In this document: positions 60,761-64,000 of the stretch, piece after piece
Numbering within the stretch: position 1 is the first letter of the stretch
Layout of the letters: each line of letters starts with the position of its first letter
Assembly (NCBI GenBank): GCA_934162325.1
Contig: CAKPIH010000001.1
Location: forward strand, 4,490-68,489
DNA length: 64,000 nucleotides
DNA from: an uncultured Bacilli bacterium
GTDB lineage: Bacteria; Bacillota_I; Bacilli_A; RF39; UBA660
Direction of reading: 5' to 3'
Position numbers and translations under genes: made by a program
Notes under the pieces: model-generated
Databases searched by the model: none
What the model saw: only the letters and a program-made list of their open reading frames with translations
What the model was told of the DNA's origin: nothing

Positions 60761-63703
60761 TTAGTATTCTAAAATCTCATCTAAATAACCAATAAATACA
60801 GTTTGACCATCATTTCTTCCATCTTTACAAGTAACTAAAACAATACATTTATTACCTTTCTTTCTATATATATCAGCATAACCATCTTTCTTAATATCAT
60901 AACTATCAGTATAAATATATTTATAAATTTTACCATCATAATAATAATTAATAGTATCTCCTAATGAAATATTCTTAAGATTACCAAAATAAGAATTATA
61001 ATTATTACCATTATGCGAAGCAAGTACTATAATATCATCTTTTTCTTTAATAAGTTCAATATTATATTTAGCCTTATTATACTTATTATCAATATCTAGT
61101 ATTCCTCTCTTTAACTTAATTGAAGGAATCTCTAATACTGCCTTATATCTATATTTCAAATTATCTAAACTATCAATCTTTTTATTAAGTACTGCTTCTA
61201 CTGCCTTATCATTATTTTTAATATCATTATAATAGTTATAAATCTTTAATCCAAAATATAAAATAGAAGTAATAATAACAAATAAACCCACTATAACAAT
61301 ATATTTATTCTTATATTTTAATAATATACCTCCTAATGAAGAAATAAAACAAACTACAACAAATATATCTTTAATTCCAAAAGAAATACCAGTATTAGGA
61401 ACTTTAATTCTTTCATTATAAATATCAATATTAACGTCTTTATCTCCTACTTCAAAGTATATTTTATCTTGTACTAATCTATATCCAGTACTAGCCTCTA
61501 CTTCAGAAACATAATACTTACCATATAACATATCATCTAAAATAATCTTACCATTTTTATCAGTATACCCTTTATATATAATTTCATTATTTATATTTCT
61601 AATTTCTATCAAAGTACCACTAATACCATTCTTCGTACCAGTCTCATACTTATTAATAACTATCTTACCTTTAGGTAAATGATTCTTAACCTCTAAATTA
61701 TATACAATATTCTCAGTATATTGATCTTTATAACTAAAACTAATATTATACTCTGTATTATCTAAAACATTACCTTCACTAGAAGAAATCTCTTTCAAAT
61801 AATAATTACCAAGAGGAATATTTTCTATCTTACATTTACCATCATTAGTAGTACATTCATTAACTTTATCATCTTTACTATAAATAAGCTTCGCATTTTC
61901 ATAAATATCTTCTTTAGCATATAAGTAGAAGACTACATCATCAAGTAAAACATCATTATTATAATAATATTTATCATCATTATATTTAATATTCTCACCA
62001 TACTTAGTAATATTCAAAGTACCCTTAACTCTCTTATTATAAAAATATAGTTCTAATACCATATCATCATTTTCTTTAATCATATCACTATCTTCACCAA
62101 TAGTAAAAGAAATTCCTTCTTTATTATATAAGTAACCATCCATATCAGTATCCACTTCATATAAAATATATTTACCAGGCTCTAATACATCAGGAGTCAT
62201 AAAAGTACCATTATTATCTATATCAAAAGTATCAATAACTTCCTCTCTAGGATAACTAACTTTAAATGAAACATATTTCTTATTATTAACATCAAATATT
62301 CTAAATCTAGCCTTTCCATTAATAATATTATCATTTGTATCATAGTATTTCTTTATAACCCTAACTTTACCAGTAATCTTACTATCAGAGATAAGTTTAA
62401 ATATTGGTCTATCATCCTCTCTATCAATAGTAACCTTAAAGTCATCTATCTTATAATATCCAAAAGTAGAATTAACCTGCTTAATAGTGTAAGTACCATA
62501 TACCAAATAAGTACTAGCATAGCCATCACTATCCGTAGTAACTGAAGTAACCAAATTATTATCTTCATCAAAAATATCAAACTGAATATTCTCTTCTCCT
62601 ACCATAAAACCAGTTTCATTACTAGCATATACTTTAAATATTTCAACTTTTCTCTTAATAACTTCATCATATACCGTTCTTTTAATATCTAAATTATCCC
62701 TATCTAATTGAACAACATAAATCTTATCATCAAGCAAATATCCCTCTCCTGGAGTAATTTCCGTTATATAATATCTACCAAGAGGTAAATTTTCAATCTT
62801 ATTTTTACTGCCAATAACAAAAGTATCCAGTAAATTATTACCAAAATCATATAATCCATAAATAGCACCATTTAAACTAGCTTCCCCCTGCGGATTAACA
62901 CTTAATGTCTCCTTATCAAGTTTTTCAATCTCAATACTACCACTTATAAGATTAATATTTAAATTACTAGTACTATTAGTAATACCCCCAGAAGACATCA
63001 TCTTTTGTGAATTACCTGAAGTATATAAAAAGAATTCTTTATTAGTATAATTATGTCTTTTCAAAACAATATTATCTTTATCAAAATCTTTCTTAATAAT
63101 TAACTTATTACCATCTATAACAACATTATCATCATCAGAATAATATAAGTATAAAACCTCATTTTCATCTTCAAGAACTGTTTCATTACCCCTAATAACA
63201 TCAATATTAGCATTATCAAAAGATGGCCTAATATTATGTCTATTAACCAAAACATTAATAGCGGTCTCTTCATTAGTTAAATTATAAAAAGTATCAGGAT
63301 TAAATCCAATAGTAAATTTAATTGAAGTTCTAGCAAGTCTCTTCCAAATAAGACCTTGCGTAGCCATATAATATCTATCAGTATCATGACCAGGATAATT
63401 ATAACCATAATAACTAAGTAGTTTTATATACTCAAGATCTTCTTTACTTATATTAACACCATCAAAAGAATTAGTCATAGTATAATCAAAACTAGCAATA
63501 TCTTTTCCAAGTTCTATACAATAAGCAGGGATATTACCAAATAAATATTTGCTAGCATGTAAATATCTAGTCTTACCCATACTTCTATCGTAATAATAAA
63601 CATAAGTATTATCATATACATCTTTTACCAATGTAACATTTTCTGCTTTAACACTACCAACAAAAACAAATAGTGCCGCAATAAATATTAATATTTTTTT
63701 CAA
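60761..63703 (-). CDS. Thioester-domain (TED) adhesin with SpaA/prealbumin-like repeats and VPNTG sorting signal, continuing in frame into a sortase domain
   Basis: Signal peptide MKKILIFIAALFVFVGSVKA. TED motifs YCIE and TQGLIW. Repeated G.YY..E...EGY.L domains. KVPNTG plus a hydrophobic segment plus KYKNKY. Then a second TM followed by sortase motifs LASH and VLVTC..R. Confidence 0.7.
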   Translation of the reverse strand: MKKILIFIAALFVFVGSVKAENVTLVKDVYDNTYVYYYDRSMGKTRYLHASKYLFGNIPAYCIELGKDIASFDYTMTNSFDGVNISKEDLEYIKLLSYYGYNYPGHDTDRYYMATQGLIWKRLARTSIKFTIGFNPDTFYNLTNEETAINVLVNRHNIRPSFDNANIDVIRGNETVLEDENEVLYLYYSDDDNVVIDGNKLIIKKDFDKDNIVLKRHNYTNKEFFLYTSGNSQKMMSSGGITNSTSNLNINLISGSIEIEKLDKETLSVNPQGEASLNGAIYGLYDFGNNLLDTFVIGSKNKIENLPLGRYYITEITPGEGYLLDDKIYVVQLDRDNLDIKRTVYDEVIKRKVEIFKVYASNETGFMVGEENIQFDIFDEDNNLVTSVTTDSDGYASTYLVYGTYTIKQVNSTFGYYKIDDFKVTIDREDDRPIFKLISDSKITGKVRVIKKYYDTNDNIINGKARFRIFDVNNKKYVSFKVSYPREEVIDTFDIDNNGTFMTPDVLEPGKYILYEVDTDMDGYLYNKEGISFTIGEDSDMIKENDDMVLELYFYNKRVKGTLNITKYGENIKYNDDKYYYNNDVLLDDVVFYLYAKEDIYENAKLIYSKDDKVNECTTNDGKCKIENIPLGNYYLKEISSSEGNVLDNTEYNISFSYKDQYTENIVYNLEVKNHLPKGKIVINKYETGTKNGISGTLIEIRNINNEIIYKGYTDKNGKIILDDMLYGKYYVSEVEASTGYRLVQDKIYFEVGDKDVNIDIYNERIKVPNTGISFGIKDIFVVVCFISSLGGILLKYKNKYIVIVGLFVIITSILYFGLKIYNYYNDIKNNDKAVEAVLNKKIDSLDNLKYRYKAVLEIPSIKLKRGILDIDNKYNKAKYNIELIKEKDDIIVLASHNGNNYNSYFGNLKNISLGDTINYYYDGKIYKYIYTDSYDIKKDGYADIYRKKGNKCIVLVTCKDGRNDGQTVFIGYLDEILEY

Positions 63704-63910
63704 ATAAAACCTCCCTCAAAAAATTAATTTTTTTCTTTCCTTGCAATTGCGACAAAAGTATAAACTATATATAGTACAAAGTCAATATAGTTTTATTAAA
63801 GTTTTCATATCTAAAAGTACTTTACTTTACTATATAGTATCTAATTAAATAAAGTTGATACACTTGTATAAACAAACATAAGTATTAAATTTAGTATAAT
63901 ATATTAATTT

Positions 63911-63968
63911 CCTAAAAAGCTTGTAATCTTTTTAGGTCATTTTTAGCCTAAAAATAGTCTAAAAATGA
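63911..63968. repeat. Tandem-hairpin element (instance 7, mirror arrangement of instance 4)
   Basis: Hairpins cctaaaaag[cttgtaat]ctttttagg and tcatttttag[cctaaaaatagt]ctaaaaatga, the latter carrying an AGCCTAAAAATAGTCT loop. Confidence 0.45.
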
Positions 63969-64000
63969 AACATTTTAATTACAATTTACAATTATCATAT

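Noticed and set aside
1-64000. CRISPR arrays, tRNA/rRNA genes, transposases
   Set aside because: No regularly spaced direct repeats, no cloverleaf-compatible GC-rich 70-90 nt segments in intergenic regions, and no transposase- or integrase-like ORFs were seen. The intergenic repeats present are hairpin elements with unique spacers, not CRISPR.

Overview
This is a very AT-rich chromosomal segment from an endospore-forming Firmicutes-type genome. Its gene order follows the Bacillus map in several places: gpsB-rnpB, rpsT/gpr, dnaG-sigA-trmK, spoVID-ysxE, cdaA-cdaR, and a ytr-like GntR/ABC operon. Most genes are on the minus strand. Housekeeping calls I am confident in are the RNase P RNA (type B, truncated at the window start), PFOR/nifJ, asnS, lon, gap, sigA, dnaG, recD2, holA, bipA, cdaA/cdaR, trxA, rpsT and sufB. 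Sporulation genes include gpr, sspI, spoVID-like, ysxE-like, yunB-like, a cotJA-JB fusion with cotJC, an ssbB-like gene and two SipW-class TasA/camelysin-like proteins. Accessory or unusual content is listed below. (1) A two-gene AAA-ATPase plus RloB/Toprim module (AbiL/PARIS/OLD-like) whose promoter carries tandem TTGTACAA palindromes; the module is bracketed by two near-identical terminator-containing direct repeats of about 35 nt. (2) A second roughly 1 kb insert downstream of cotJC, carrying a frameshifted unknown gene and bracketed by perfect 29-bp terminator direct repeats. (3) A family of at least seven intergenic tandem-hairpin elements that share an AGCC-N(3-9)-AGTCT loop motif; their stems differ but keep base-pairing through compensatory changes. 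(4) A roughly 980-aa thioester-domain surface adhesin whose VPNTG sorting signal continues in frame into a sortase catalytic domain. (5) A translationally coupled 50-aa plus 492-aa gene pair of unknown function, co-transcribed directly behind nifJ. (6) An XRE-ImmA/IrrE fusion regulator and several strongly SD-preceded small ORFs. No CRISPR arrays, transposases or integrases were seen.
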